NCBI RefSeq assembly: GCF_009914755.1
Contig: NC_060927.1
Direction: 5' to 3' (one strand)
DNA length: 64,000 nt
From: the human T2T-CHM13v2.0 reference genome, Homo sapiens
The first letter of the stretch is position 1. Each line of letters opens with the position of its first letter. Shown in pieces: positions 24,971-40,300 of this stretch. Both the position numbers and the translations under genes were made by a program. Under the pieces are notes generated by a model, which was not told the DNA's origin, did no database searches, and saw only the letters and a program-made list of their open reading frames with translations.

Positions 24971-25929
24971 CAAAGACATAGGAAAATCCAGAGTCCTGCT
25001 TTTAAGGAAGTGTTTAAACAAAAAGCTGCAGGAGTGTCTGCTGCTGGGTACAGTGAACAAATGCTTTCTACACAGGGGTGGCAGAGTGGTGGGGGTGGCC
25101 TGAATGAATGAAAAATCAGAAAAAGGGTTTGAGCCCTTGCCCTGACTCTCATGGCTTTTGGGACATTTTAGTTGGTGGCGATGTCCACCAACTGAGCTGT
25201 TTTCTCATCTGTGAAATGGGTTGCTGTGAGCCAAGGGAGGCAATGTGTGTGGATGTAGGTGGGGAGCAGTGAGTCACACACAGTGAGGGTGAGGACCTGG
25301 GCTGGCCAGAGCTGTCCTCCAGAAACCTGCAGTGATAGATGGTTGTCAAGTAATACCTCAACAAGTGTGTAGGGTGGAGTGTTGAAACCAGTTTCAAAAA
25401 TGACTCTCCTACCTCTCCAAGGACCGCCAAACCCCATCTGTAAAAAATGGGGTACACTGATTATATCATTGGCCACCAGAGTCAGATTGAATTCATACTA
25501 TCACCCAGTCACTGCCATGTGTTCATGTGTCACCTCTCTGAGTTTTTTCTTGCAGCTAAAAATGAGTAATAATAGTAGCATCTGCCTCGTTAGGTTATTC
25601 TGAGGAATAAATGAGATTTCACATATAAAGTGCTTAGCACAGACCTCAGCACTTAGTAAGCTGTCAGAAAATGTTAACTGGTTATTGTGACCATTGTTAC
25701 TTCTGGGTCTGAGCCTAAAAACAACTACCAAGAAACATTTTGCTAGCTTAGATTCAGTGATATTTATGACTTGAAAATAAGGCCAAGGAGAATATGGTTG
25801 CTAAATTCAAAATTGTCATGATTCTGGTTTATTTTCTTCCTAATTAGATATTCTGTAGCTTTTATAATTATGCCTCTGAAAAAGGGGGAAAGGCAAATAA
25901 TCAGAAATCTGGCAAAAGGCAGCTGATTT

Positions 25930-26380
25930 TGCACCTCTTTCTTGAACACTCTCATTCCGGGGGCTCCCAGTTTCGTCATAAATGGCTTCTCTTCCCAATC
26001 TCTCCCTTGCCTTCTCTCCATGCTGGCTCTTGTCTTCCTCTTACTGTTGGTCCCTTCTGTCCTGGCTCTCTACGTACTCATTCTGTCTTCTGGCTTCAGC
26101 TCCAATTATGTGTTGGATACCTGGCCCCTTGCCCCAGCCCAAGCCTCCATCAACCATTGCCTGGACCATGTGGTAGCTCCCTCCCCATCTCGCTCCACAG
26201 CACAGCAGAGTGAGTGTTTAGCAATGCAGCTCTAATCATGTCATGTCCTGGCTTACGTTGTTTCAATAGTTTCCCTTTACTTATAGGATGAAGCTCCAAT
26301 CCTTGGTAGGACCTGTAAGGCCCTGCATGGGTGGTCTTAGCATCAAGCCTGAGCTCTCCCACCCTTCATAGTACTTCCAC
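25930..26380. mobile_element. L2 LINE fragment
   Basis: 'caagcctccatc..tgcctggacc..ctccacagc..agcagagtg..tcatgtca..ctccaatccttgg' resembles the L2 body. Confidence 0.6.
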
Positions 26381-27521
26381 CCCTCCGTGAAAACTCCAGG
26401 ATTCAACTGCCCTGAATGAGGTGGATCACATTCTCTTTTACTCTTCATCAGGTCTTCAGGAGTAAATTTTGTGCCTTTGTTCATACCTAAAGACTGTAAT
26501 CATTAAGGAGATACCACCATCCATCAAGAACCTCGTCCCAGAACCCCTGACCTCTGTTAACTCCAGTGCTTTTCACTCATCCTGTCCTAGAACTACCTCC
26601 TCTCTGAGATCTTCTCCAACCACAACCTGACGTCCCCCCTCCAACTGTCTCATGGCCTCATATAGAAGCCATTGGACTTCCTGGAGACCTCCAGTCCCGA
26701 AGTCCCACCCTCCTCCCTGGCCATCAGCTCCTTTTGGCCTCTCTTCCTTCCCTGCAATGCGTGGTGCCTTCAGTGGTCCATCAAAATGTCTCTCTCACTA
26801 CCTCCCAGGATTCTCTCATATCCCTCCTTCTGCCACACACGCCTGACAAAACATCAACCCTGGCTCAGTGTGGCAGCCAGCCTGGAGAACAGAACATGGC
26901 CCGCCCTGAGGGTCAGGACCTCCAGTAGCAGCTGGGCCCTTGGTGCTGCCCTTTGTCCTTTTGTGTACCCTGGATTGTCTCATCTCCATTCTTCTCTGGA
27001 ACACCTGAAACCTTCATCCCTTTCCTTCTGAGTCCTCAATTTAATCCCTTCCCCATCCCCTCCACCAGCAGATGACCTCATCTCCTACTACTCCTGCAGA
27101 CCACCTACAGACTTATGCACAGGCACACCATTCTCTCCCTTCTGCAGGACAACCCCAAACCTGGGCTCATTGGCCACATTCTGTGGTGAGCACCCGTATT
27201 TTTGCTACCTATGGTCTATCAATCACTCTTCCGGTAAAACAGAGCCCCAAGGTTTATTTGGGGGCCCACCATCTCTTACTCTGATCCCAGGTTTTCCTGA
27301 GGTTAATCCTATGTCCAGGTCCATGTCTAAACTAATCAGCAAAATTCATTCCATTGGACACAGTGATTAGCTTGTGGTTGTGCACATGAACCAATTTGGA
27401 TCAATGAGAACCTAACCCTGACTTTTAGTGTACTGTTGGGGTGAGGTGTACTGTCTTTCCTACAGAACACAAACTTCCAGCTGTAGAAAGTCATCTCATA
27501 GTGTCAAGAAGTGAGTCTGTC

Positions 27522-29955
27522 ATCAACAAAATATAGGCAAACCAAATCTGGGAACATATAAAAAGATAATACATCATGAAGAAGTGGGATTTATTCTAGG
27601 AATGCAAGGTTGGCTCAACATAAGAAAAGCAACAACTGAAATATACCATATTAATAGAATAAGGACAAAAACCACATGATCATCTTAACTGTTAGGAAAA
27701 AGCATTTGACAAAATCTAACATTATTTCATATTAAAAACACTCGACAAACTAGGAATATAAGGGAACTTTTTTAATTTGATGAAAAAAATCCATGAATAT
27801 CACACAGCCAACATAAACTTAATGGTAAAAGACTGAAAGCCTTCCCCCTAACATTTGGAACAGGACATGCATATCTGCTCTTACCATTGCTACTTTAAGA
27901 AGGTTCTTTTCAGGGAAATTAAACAAGAAAAAGAAACAAAAGGCATCCAAATTGGAAAGCAAGAAGCAGAACTAATTGAAGATGATATGATCTTATATAA
28001 TAAAAATCCCAAGGAATCCATGAAAAATCATTAAATCTAATGAGTTTAATAAGGTAGCAGGAAACAAGATCAATATATAAAAATTAATCATTTTTCTTTA
28101 CCTTAGCAGTGAACATTCCAAGAATGAAATCAAGAAAGTAGTTCCATTCACAATGGCATCAAAATGAATAAAATACTTAAGAATATATTCAACAGAAGAA
28201 GTACAAGGCTTGATACTTCAAAAGATCTTCAAAAGAAAAGGCCTTTAAAAATGAAAAACATTCTATATTCATGGATTGAAAGATTTCATATTAAGATCCC
28301 CAAACTGATCTACAGATTCAACACAATCCCAATCAAAACCAGCTGCCTTTTATTGTAGAAACTGGAAAATGCTGAGCATAAAATTCATATGGAAATGTAA
28401 GGGACCCAGAACAGCCAAAACAATGAAAAACAACACAATTGGAGAACTCATACTTTACAGTTCAAAACTTACCACAAAACTTCAGTAACCAATACTGTGT
28501 AGTCTGGCATATGAATAGACAGATAGATAAATGGAATAGAATCAAGAGTCCAGAAATAAACCCATACATCTATGGTCAATTGATTTTAAACAAGGGTGTC
28601 AAGACAAACAGGGAAAGAGTAATATTTTCAACAGACGATTCTGAGACAACTGGATATCCACATGGAAAAAAAATGAAGTTGAACAACTGTCTCATACCAT
28701 AACAAACATTAACTGAAAATGTATGATAGACTTAAATGTAAAAGTTAAAACTATAAAACTCTTAGAAGAAAACATAGGTGTAAATCTTCATGATCTTGGA
28801 TAAACAACCATTTCCCAGATATAACACAAAAAAGCATGAGCAATCAAATAAAAAATAAATGAATTGGACTTTCTAAAAACAAAATGTGTTTGTGCTGCAA
28901 AGGACACTATCAAGAAAGTGAAAAGTCCACTCACAGAATGGAAGAAAATATTTTAAAGTCATATGCCTCATCAATGACTCATATCTACACTATATAAACA
29001 ACTAATACAACTCAATACTAAAAGACAATCTGATTAAATAATGGCCAAAGGCTTTGAATATACATTTCTCCAAAGATGGTATACTAATGACCGGTAAGCA
29101 CATGAAAAGATTCTCAGCATCATTAGTCATTAGGAAAATGCAAATTAAAATCACAATGAGGTATCACTTCATGACCACTGAAAAGGTATACGTAATAAAA
29201 AAGATAGATGATAACAAGTGTTGGCAAAGATGCAGAGAAATTTGATCCCTCAAACATTGCTGGTGGGAATGTAAAATGATACAGCCACATTGGAGTGCTT
29301 CTGGCTGCTCCTCAAAAATTGTAACACAGTTACCATATGTACTACTCAGCAATTCCACTCCTAGGTATACACCCAAGAGAAGTGAAAATGTATTACTCAG
29401 CAATTCTGCTCCTAGGTATATACCCAAGAGAATTGAAAATGTAAGTTCACCCTAAAATGTATACGTAAATAGCAGCATTATTCTTAACAGCTTTAAAGTG
29501 GAAACAACCTAGATGCCCATCAACTGATGAATGAATAAACAAGCTATGGTATACCCATACAATGGAATATATTTAGGCATGGAGAAGAATGGAGCAGTGA
29601 TACATGCCACAACATGGATGAACCTTGAAAAAAATCATGCTGTGTGAAAAGAACCAATCACAAAAGATGACATATCATATGACTCCATTTGTATGAAATG
29701 TACAGAATGGGCAAGTTCAAAGAGATAAAAAGTAGATTCTGGTTGCCAGGGGTTTGGGGTAGGGAAAAATGGCGGAGTGACTGTCAATGTGTGCAGGTTT
29801 TCTGGGAGGTGACAAAAATGTTCTGAAGTTAGACAGTGGTGATAGTTACACAAACTTGTTAATATAACAAATAATGATTGTAAAGAAAAACAAATTGTAA
29901 GGGTGAATTTTATGGTATGTGAACCGCATCTCAATTTTTAAAAAGAGAATATTAA
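27522..29955 (+). mobile_element. 5'-truncated old L1M (degenerate ORF2 and 3' UTR) inserted into an MLT1 LTR
   Basis: ORF2-like translations (YSWIER, LIYRFNTIPIK, KWNRIKSPEINPYIYGQLI). 13-bp TSD AAGTGAGTCTGTC at 27509-27521 and 29956-29968; MLT1-like sequence on both sides (~27260-27520, ~29970-30180). Confidence 0.9.
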
Positions 29956-30286
29956 AAGTGAGTCTGTCTGAGAACGGGGTCAACAGTGAGGAATTGAGGA
30001 CAGGAGATGGAGAAGGAGAAACAGGATCCCATGATATCACTTGAGCCCCTATAATCAGTTGTGCCAGAAGTCAGACTACCTTGGAATGTATCAGTTATGT
30101 GAGCCAACACATTCCCTGCTTCCTAGGTTGGGGTGGGTCGGATTTTCTATCGCTTACCCCCAGAGGAACCTAGCCTGGCAGACATGTCCTGTGCCTTCCT
30201 CTGGGCAACGCTGTTTCCTTCTGCATTTCCATCTCCACGTATTGGCTCCTCGCTCATGCTTCTTCCACTAGAAAAATAGTTCTCCC

Positions 30287-30766
<480 letters not shown>

Positions 30767-30999
30767 TCATGGTCCTCTTGTGCTTGTCCCACAGGGTTGG
30801 TGCCCACCTACCTCCATCTGGGGGAGCTCTGAGTTCTCTGGGCTTCCCTTTGACCTTGCTCCTCAGCTTCCTCGATGGTCCCTGATTTCTCTGCTCATTC
30901 CTGGACATTTGTGCCTCACTGACTCTGGCTAGGGCTAGGGTTAGGGTGAGGGTTAACCCTAACTGCTCTCATCTTCTCCTCCTTCTCCCTGGGCTGCTG

Positions 31000-31845
31000 C
31001 CTCCATGCTCAGGACTTTGAGCTCCATTCCTCATGACTGAATCCCTTGCCTGAGATTCAGATTAGCCCTCCCCTGTTCCCCACTTGTTTGGAAGCACCCC
31101 CATGGACGCAGTCACTCATGCTGGCAACATTCCTCCTCCCTCTCCTTCCCTTCACATAGTCATGCAGTCACCAAGTCACGCCGTGTCCCAAGTATTCCTG
31201 GCATGCTTTCTCTCTCCACGTCCCTATCACTACCACCCTCTGTGCCAGTCTGCTTGCTGGTCTCTTTGTCTCCAGTCTTCTCCCCTCCAGTTCCCCTTCT
31301 TGCACTTGATTTTAAAACACAAATCTCAGTATGCCACTCCCTGCTCAAACCCACAGGGGTTCAAGTGCAAGCCTTTGGCAGGGCACCTGGGCCACCTGGT
31401 GCTGGGCTCCCACCTGCTTCTCAGATGCCCTCCCGCTGCCTCTGCTCATGCTGTGCTCCTCCAGCCCAGAGCTGCTTGTTGGTAGCCACAGGGAACATGC
31501 TGCCCTGTTTCTCTCTGTGATGTGTTGCTCTCCTGCCCTCCGCTCCTTCCTGACACATTCCTATTTCCCTTAAGACTGGGCCAGGTGACAACTTCTTGGA
31601 AATACTTTTCTGGACACCCCACTCCAAGTCCATCCTCTCTGTACCCCCACCCAGGCCAGGTCATGTGCTCTTCCTCTGGTTTCCACAACCCTCTGGACTT
31701 GTCTCTATGAGTCTATTACATTGTTTAAATAGGCTTCACATCTATGCTGTGTGCTTCTGGAAGGAAAGGCTGTGCATGTTCCTGGTGCCTAGTGTAATGC
31801 CCAGCCCTCACCAGCTGCTCAATGAGTGTTTAATGAATGCTGGAG
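31000..31845. mobile_element. L2 LINE fragments
   Basis: 'cagtcaccaagtc', 'ccactccctgctcaaaccc', terminal 'gctcaatgagtgtttaatgaatg'. Confidence 0.6.
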
Positions 31846-32876
31846 TGAACCATAACAGCTAACACTCTCCAGCCACTCACTGTGTTTCAGGTACTGCTCC
31901 AAAACCTCTTTATATATTAACTCATTTAAATCCCTCAACACTTATGAAGTGGGTTCTATAAGTGTCCTCATTTTACAGATGAGGATACCAAGGCACAAGG
32001 AGGCTAAGCAACTTACCCAAGGTAGTGCAGCTAGATTCAAGCCTAGCTCTAGGGACTTGACTCATACCCACCTCACTGTGCTGCTGCTACAGCTCTGCCT
32101 GCATCCCATGCTGACTTCTGCTCATGCACCCCCTCCACTTGGAATGTTAGTGGCTGATCACCTTCTCCACCTGGTTCAAGACCCAGCTGAGGCCCTGAGC
32201 TTGCTGGCACAGTGCAAATGGGCCCCTAACATATGACATTCATTGTAACAAAGAATAGTTCCCCCAGAGCTCATTCAGGTCTCAGTACAAATTGTCTTGT
32301 AGCCTGACAAAGAAAGCTGGTGATGTGTAGACCCATTGTATACTGGGTGTTAAGAGATATCACCATTGACATCCATGCTTTTGGAAATGTCATCTTTTTT
32401 GTTGGAGGATGGTAGTTTACTCAAAAGGAAAAAGAAACATATATTTTAATATTTTTCATTTATTTGATATAATTATAGTTTATATAATGCTGCCATTTAT
32501 TTGCTTTATCTTATTTAATCTTCTATATTTTCCTGTGCAGTGCTCAAGACAGGTTAAATCCATTTTATTGAAGAGAAAACTGAATATTAATGACACTAAG
32601 TAACTTGCTCAAGGCCCCACGGCTCATTTGGACCCAGGTTTGTCCACTTCTAATACTTGTGCATATTCCTTGCTTGATGTAAGCATCTGAACAATATCTG
32701 GCCACAGAGCAGAGCTGCAGTGGAGCATCATGCAGGCAGTGGGTGGCAGAAGCAGTCCTTAGGAGTCTCGGGAGCAGTCCAGCAGCACATCTCACTGCAG
32801 AACAGCATGGAGGGCTTCTTACCACACTCTTACTTCACCAAGTTAATTAGGTTTTTCTCTTTAAGAACATATAAAC

Positions 32877-33575
<699 letters not shown>

Positions 33576-36500
33576 ACACATACATTTTAAACTCGGTTTA
33601 ATCCTGTGACCATTCACTTATGTTCAGTTTTTAAATAGTCCTAGTCTTATGACCACTGTTAAGTTCACCAAAACAAAGGCCATTGGGGAAAGGGGCCTGT
33701 AACTCTTGATTGAAACAGCCATTGAGGAGACTGTGCGCTGTGAAGCACATTGATGAGGCAAGAATTCTGTACAACCATGTGCACATCCAGCTGGGCCCAT
33801 CACTCCCCGAGGTGTCTGGGGCAATAAGTAGACTTTACTGAGCCTCAGTTTCCTCAACTTCAAGTCAAGACATATGACTTTAAGATCTCTTCCAACCATT
33901 CTCTGATGGAAGAGGGTGTAAAAATTCTGGCTTAGTGATGCTTGAAGCATACAGGTTTTAGTTTGGGGAAGTCTAAAGCCCCCACCAACCTCTTCCTATT
34001 GAAAAACTTAAATACAAAAGGCTCTTTGTTTCCTTTGCAAGATAGTTCCTTATCGAGCTAGTGGCTCGAAAAGAAGAGAGCTCAAAGAGATCTGAAAGAG
34101 CCTGGAACTGCCAGCTGATGGAGCGGGTAGCAGTTTTACAAGGACTTCAACGAGGGCCTTTGAAACTTTCTGCTATTCAAGTCTGTTTAGAACTTGCTTC
34201 TGAAGCCTGATATCTTTCAACTGTGGTGTCTTAATTCTTGCCTCCTGCCCTGGCAGCTGAGCCCAGAGGAGCTTTGCAGGACAGTGGCACTTGTTAGTGA
34301 AGCCACAAGACAGGTGGCACTCGGGACAGGAGCCTCTGAACACCCCAGGCAGGCCTCGGAGCAGGACAAGGTTCAAGGGCTGGGGAGAGCCAAGGGGGAG
34401 GGGCAGACCCCTCACAGGGCCCTGTTCCTATAAGGGGTCCTCTGATTTTGAGGAGAGAGCCAGGAAAGCAGACACCATGAAAAGAGAGCTGGGGGTCGGG
34501 GGGTGGTGGAATTAGCCTTCTGTGGCTATTCAGGTGGGAACATGTCACTTTACTCGGTGGCATATTGTAAACTGTGAAGTGAGGGACGGTGGCCTGGCAC
34601 CTTCAGAGACGATCTGTGAACACGTGGCCCACAGGAGCCTGGCCCAAGCACAGACAGGAAGGACAAGAGCTGCTGAAGGTCAATTAAGGCAGAGAATCAT
34701 AATCTCAGGGTACATGGTGCTCCAGGAGGCCCATAAGGAGGCATCGTGCAGTCTATGAGGCCCTGAACCCACATGCAATGTGTGGTCATGTTGACCTAGC
34801 ATGTTAAGAAGCTGTGATTGGTAGTAAAATACAGTGAAGGTTAAACCAGAGCCTGCTCGACTGTTTGTTAGTGGAAGGACTACTGTGAAGCTATGGCAGG
34901 AGATGGAGGAGCCTGGTAAAAGGGGTTTAGTATGAAAACTGTTTGGAGTTTATCCATTCCTGCGGAGGCATGGGGGCGGGAAAGAGCGAGTAGATCCAGG
35001 GGCTGGTGCCAGCTCCTAACACAGAAACACTTCCAAGAGGAGGAAAGAAGTTCAAAACAAAACAGATGTTGCCATTTGTTGTTGTGGCAGGCATTTCACG
35101 TGGATGATCTCATGCGGTCCTCACAACCACTCTATGATGTGAGTATCACTGCCCCATCTTATAATATTTGAAGAAACTGAGGCTCAGAGAAGTTAAAAAT
35201 GTGCCCAAAGTCAACCAGCTAACAAACAAATCTTGCTGGAGCAGCAACCCAGCCCCGCTGGCCCCCTTGGCTGCTCTAGTTACACTCTGCAAGCCATCTG
35301 AAGAGTTTGTGCCTCTGGATCACCCAGCTCCCCTTATTCTAGTTCTGCAGGCAGAGAGCAACCATTTGAGAGCTCAGAGGGTGAGTTTTCTGAGTGGCTA
35401 AGCCTCTGGGAGGGAGTTCTTTGAGCAATGCCATGAACTGGGGCTCTGGTCTAATGTATCTCCCATTACACCTGATAAATGGTCTTTCTGAGCCATCAAT
35501 TGGTTTCATTTAGGAGCGGGTCAGGAGAATTAGTTCCTAAAGCCTGTTACTTCTGAGTGCCCTGGAGGATTGACTTCTGGGGTTATCCAGTCACTCTGGG
35601 TACCTTTTTAGCTAAAACAAATATAATTGAGAAATGAGTCTGCAATCGTACTGAGAGATGTTCACATCGGTTACCAAGAAGAGCAAATTACTAAGAGTTG
35701 CAAATCATTAACTAGACATCCTAGTTCCTAGGGCCCTGTAAGCCAATAGCAAAAGCTCTAAAAGAAGGAATTTGTTGGGGACTAGGGAATGGGCAGGAAT
35801 GCAGGAGGGGGAGCCCGCTGTGTGATTTGTTCTTTCTGAATCGCTACTTCTGTATCTCTGGAACACTATTATTAATAAGTATAACCTGTGGGATATGAAA
35901 TATTTTTGAATACTTTCTGCTTTAATCCATTTGTTCATCCACCCACACAAGCAACCATTCAGCCTGCATTGAGGAGTCTATTAGGAATGTTACTGATGAA
36001 GATGAGAGCTGGCATTCGTCCCATGCTTACTCCATGCTCGGCACTATTTTGAGTGCTTTACTCATTCAGTGCTCACACCACTACTCAGAGGAAGGTACTA
36101 TTATCCTCATTTTACTGCTAAAGAAACTGAGGCACAAATAAATTAAGTGATGCACCTATCATGCTCAAGGCAGCAGGAATGGGAGAATGGATGGGAACTT
36201 GTGGGCAAGCATCAGACTTGGAGTCTTGAGTGACAGAGTGTCATTAAAGGGCGTTTAGTAGGGACCCTAGATTCTATGAACAAAGCAACCACAGTTCTGC
36301 TTTTAAACTTTTTCTGAAGATTATTGAACTGTTATGCCTCCCCTACCTCTGAAAGAGTTTGTGGAAATGATGAGATAGACTAGCTGCAGCTACCACTGGG
36401 CTTTACCCATTGGAAGTGGGAATGGAAGTTTTTAGGCACCAGAAGAAATTAGCAAATGACATATCTGCACCATGAATGCCATTATATGCTTTGCTAAAGC

Positions 36501-36859
36501 AAAGAGGCCTTGCATGGTTTTCATCATCTGACACATGATTAAACTTTGTAAAGTTATATTTTAATGTTTTGAATCCATGATCTTGAAGAAAATAGTTTTG
36601 TATCTAATTCTGTGAGTGTGAAGGTTGCTAAGAGACTATTCATAGAAGTATACAACTTCAGAGCTGGAAGGGACCTAGGAGATTGGGTCCAACATCCTCA
36701 TTTTACTGAAAAGGACCTGGATGTGACTTGTTCAAGGTCAAACAGCATGATTTGGTGTACATTAGGAATGATTTAAGTATTTTATAAAGGGCCAAGAACT
36801 AAGTAATAAGGGACATCATTCTTCTCTAAGGTTGAGATTTGTTATCAACATAAACTCCA

Positions 36860-37330
36860 TCAGTTACTAGTGATAGAAAAACCATCTACAGTGGTTAAGT
36901 CAAAAATCAAGACTATATTCCTCATTCATGTAAATGAAAACTCCAGGACACTTGTTTCAGACATGGGGTTTGAATGATGTAATCAGGACTCAGTCTGCCT
37001 CTCATTCTGCTTGCTTCTTTCCATGTTTGCTTCCTTTTCCAGCAAGTTCTTCTCACAAGCCACCAAAATGGCCCTAGCTGCTCTGAGATGGTTCCCATCT
37101 TTATAGGTTTAGCAGACAAAAGATCCTCCCCCTTCCCACCTCTACCAGTTCCATTTCATTAGCTTCCATTGACTGGGTTGGGGTCACCTGCCCACTCTTG
37201 AAGTAAGCACTGTTAGTGGTGAGATGTGGTATTCTCATGGGTTAGACCCCAGCCACATGCTCACCTGTGGATCTGGGTGGGGTCAGGCCCACTGTAAATC
37301 ATATACCCCAGGGAAAAATGGGGTGCATAG
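36860..37330 (-). mobile_element. Old MLT1-family LTR
   Basis: 'gactgggttggggtcacctgcccactcttgaa..cccagccacatgctcacctg'. Confidence 0.6.
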
Positions 37331-40300
37331 TAACAATCCCAGGAGAAGTGGATGCCTGGGAGGTAAAACCACAGATGTGTACTACAAGGTTTCATGAGAG
37401 CAAATGGTCCTAAGACTTTTTTGTTCTTCTTTGGCTTTTGCAATGGAAAGAGATGTAGTGTTGACTGAGGCTGTGAGGAAGAGTTGAGAACATCTTTTGG
37501 GTTGAGGATAAAGAACTTTTCCCTGACTAAGGAGGGGACTAAGCTGTTCTGGGCTGAGTGTATGGTTCCAACTGCAGGGAACTATCTCTCTATTTCAACG
37601 TTCCTTCTTTTCCGCTGAGATCATGCCGCCCAGATAAAGTCTTCCTTTCCATCTTTTCTATGGTTCTCTGGTCAAATAATTCCACATGGGGACATGTATT
37701 TCTTGCTTAAGCACAGGCTCCTTCCTTAATCTTTTGTCTTCTTCCACTGTCTCTTTTGACTTTCGCCTAGCTATCTCAAGAGAACCTTTCTCATTCAATT
37801 CATCTATGGACATACTTCCTGCCATCGCAAGGACGCTTTCCTGCTACAAATAATAGAAAACTCCCTCTAATTCAACAAAGGAATTCACCATCCTGCAAAG
37901 CAGGAAGTGCAAAGGTAGGGCCGACTGGGCCGGGCACATTGAAGTCAGGCTTGGTTTCCCCATGGTCTTCCTGGTTTGTGCCCATCTGTTGCAACTTTGT
38001 CCCCAGGCAGACCTCAGCTGTGCTTGCAAGGTGGTCTTCTGCAGCAACAGGGACAATATACCTTTGGGTTTGTATTTGGCAACACAGCAAGGAAACTTCA
38101 CTTTCACTCCCAGTTCACTTTCAGTCCAACTGGACCAATTTAGGCCTCATATCCCTCTCTGGACCCTGACAGTTGTCAGAAGGATCCCTGAACCCAGCAT
38201 TGGCATGAGATATGCTTATTGTGATGGCTTCCCTAATCTGGATCCTCGCTGGGGCTAGGGAGAATCCAGGGTCCCTAGGGTCACATGGCCTGATTGGAGG
38301 AAGGAAGAAGGATTACATGGATGCTGGGTAGACATTATAGTGTGTTTAGTTAGGCTGCACGTGTTTCATATGTTCTAACATAAATATTTTTTTCATTAAA
38401 AGACAGTATTTCTGAATTTATGGTTTAAACAGAGCTTTATGGATTAAACTTATAACCTAAACATCATGTATAAAATTGTTTGTGTGGAGAAAATGCATAT
38501 CTTCATGCCAAACATCTTATTCATAAGTGTATTTATACCAATTTAAACTACGTTGAGATGAAGCAATGATGAAAATAATTAAGACTTTGGGGGAACTCTG
38601 ACCACCTAGACCCCTTGCAGAGCTTTGGGCAGCACTCTGTTGACCCGTAGCATCCAGGTAAGTGCAACGTGCACACAAACATACTGAAGCCTTCTCTCTG
38701 GGGATGCCCATCTCACCCCTTGTATGGGATTCTTATGTGTTTTTATCCTTTGCCTTTTGTTCTAGAGTCTGGGCATAAACATGTGGCTGGTAGCTCTGTG
38801 TGTATGGGTTATAGTCAGTGGTTGGAACAAAACAACTTGCGGTTTCATCTCTGTGTGCCCATCTTTATCCCTTTCTGAAGAATGTCCTGGTTTGGGGCAG
38901 AAGAGCTTGGGCAATAAGAAGCCACAGATGATGCCACCCTTTTCTTAGCTGGTGCTTTTCACCTTCTTCTGGCTGGTGATTTATGTGATTCTCTGGAAAA
39001 TGTATGGAGAAACTCTAACTTTAACTACTGAACCCAGGAATTCCCCTCTGTCTAGTCTCTCCATCAGAACAGTTACCAGGGCTGGGAACACAACCCAAGG
39101 TGATGTCGTGTACACAAAGGATGAGAACAGGAGCTCGTCAGATCCACTTTTGGGTCTGGCCAAATGGGCTTCAGTGCCCTCCTGTATAAAGTGGGGGCAC
39201 CTCTCCCAGAATTTGTCTGCCACGTGTTTAGGGCCTACTCCATGCCAGGCTCTGGGCTACCAATGTTACCTACATTTCCTCTTCTAATTCTCAAACACTG
39301 ACTTGCTCCAAGTCAATCAGCCTGTGGCAGGGCTGGGGTCCAAGCCCTGGTCTGTCTGACTCCGATGTCTGTGCTGTAAGCAACTCCTCTCCTCACAGGG
39401 CTGCACAAGGGAAGAAGTGGGAAAGAGCATGGAAAGAACCTGGCACAGTACCTGGCACTGGGTGATCAACAAATGGTGGTGGCGGCTGCTGCTGCTGCTA
39501 TGAAAAGCAAAAGTCCTAGATAATCCCCCAAACTGACAGCCGGCCCTGCACAACCTACAGCTGGCCATGGTCTCCCTGAAGACTTGTTTATTGGCCTTGT
39601 GGTTGTCCAGAGAAAGAGTTATCTGTCCTCTCTCAATTTCCCAGGCCTTCAGAAGGTAGGCTCAAGTTACTGAGCATGCACACCTGTTTTTCTGGGCCGG
39701 GAGGGGCTGGAGAGCTCAGGTGACCAAGCACACTTCTGACCTGGGCTAGGGTCAGCAGGCTGAGGTACTGGCCAAGAGTCTTCTAGCCAGGGGCAGTAGC
39801 CAGGATCCCACAGTCAGAAGCCTTGCAGGGGAAGTGGGTGTTGCTCTGGGCCTTGAAGCTTTGCTTATTTTATCCTGATCCTCCACTGTCCACAGCGGAC
39901 ATAAGCTTGACTCATCCCCAAGTCAGCTCCACATCAGCAGTGGTAAGAAGGGCTGCTCCCAACTCAGGGAAAGGTCACAAAGACGCAAGTAACTGCAACT
40001 ACAAACACAGTGAATGCTAATGGGTGCTTCTTGAGTACCAGAAACGGTGCTTAGTGCTTTGTTTGTAGTCTCATGTGAGCCTCACAAACACTCTATGGAG
40101 TAAAGCAATATCATTGACACCATTTTAGGGACGGAGAAACTGAGGCCCAAAGAGATGGGATAACTTGCCTGACTGCACACAGCATGTACAATATGACTTG
40201 CACTAAATACATCTAGCATGGAAGTTTGTTTTCTGCACCATGATGCAGAAAACTCCCTCCTCCATGCAGAGTCTGAAGGGCCTTCCCCCAGAGCAAAATA

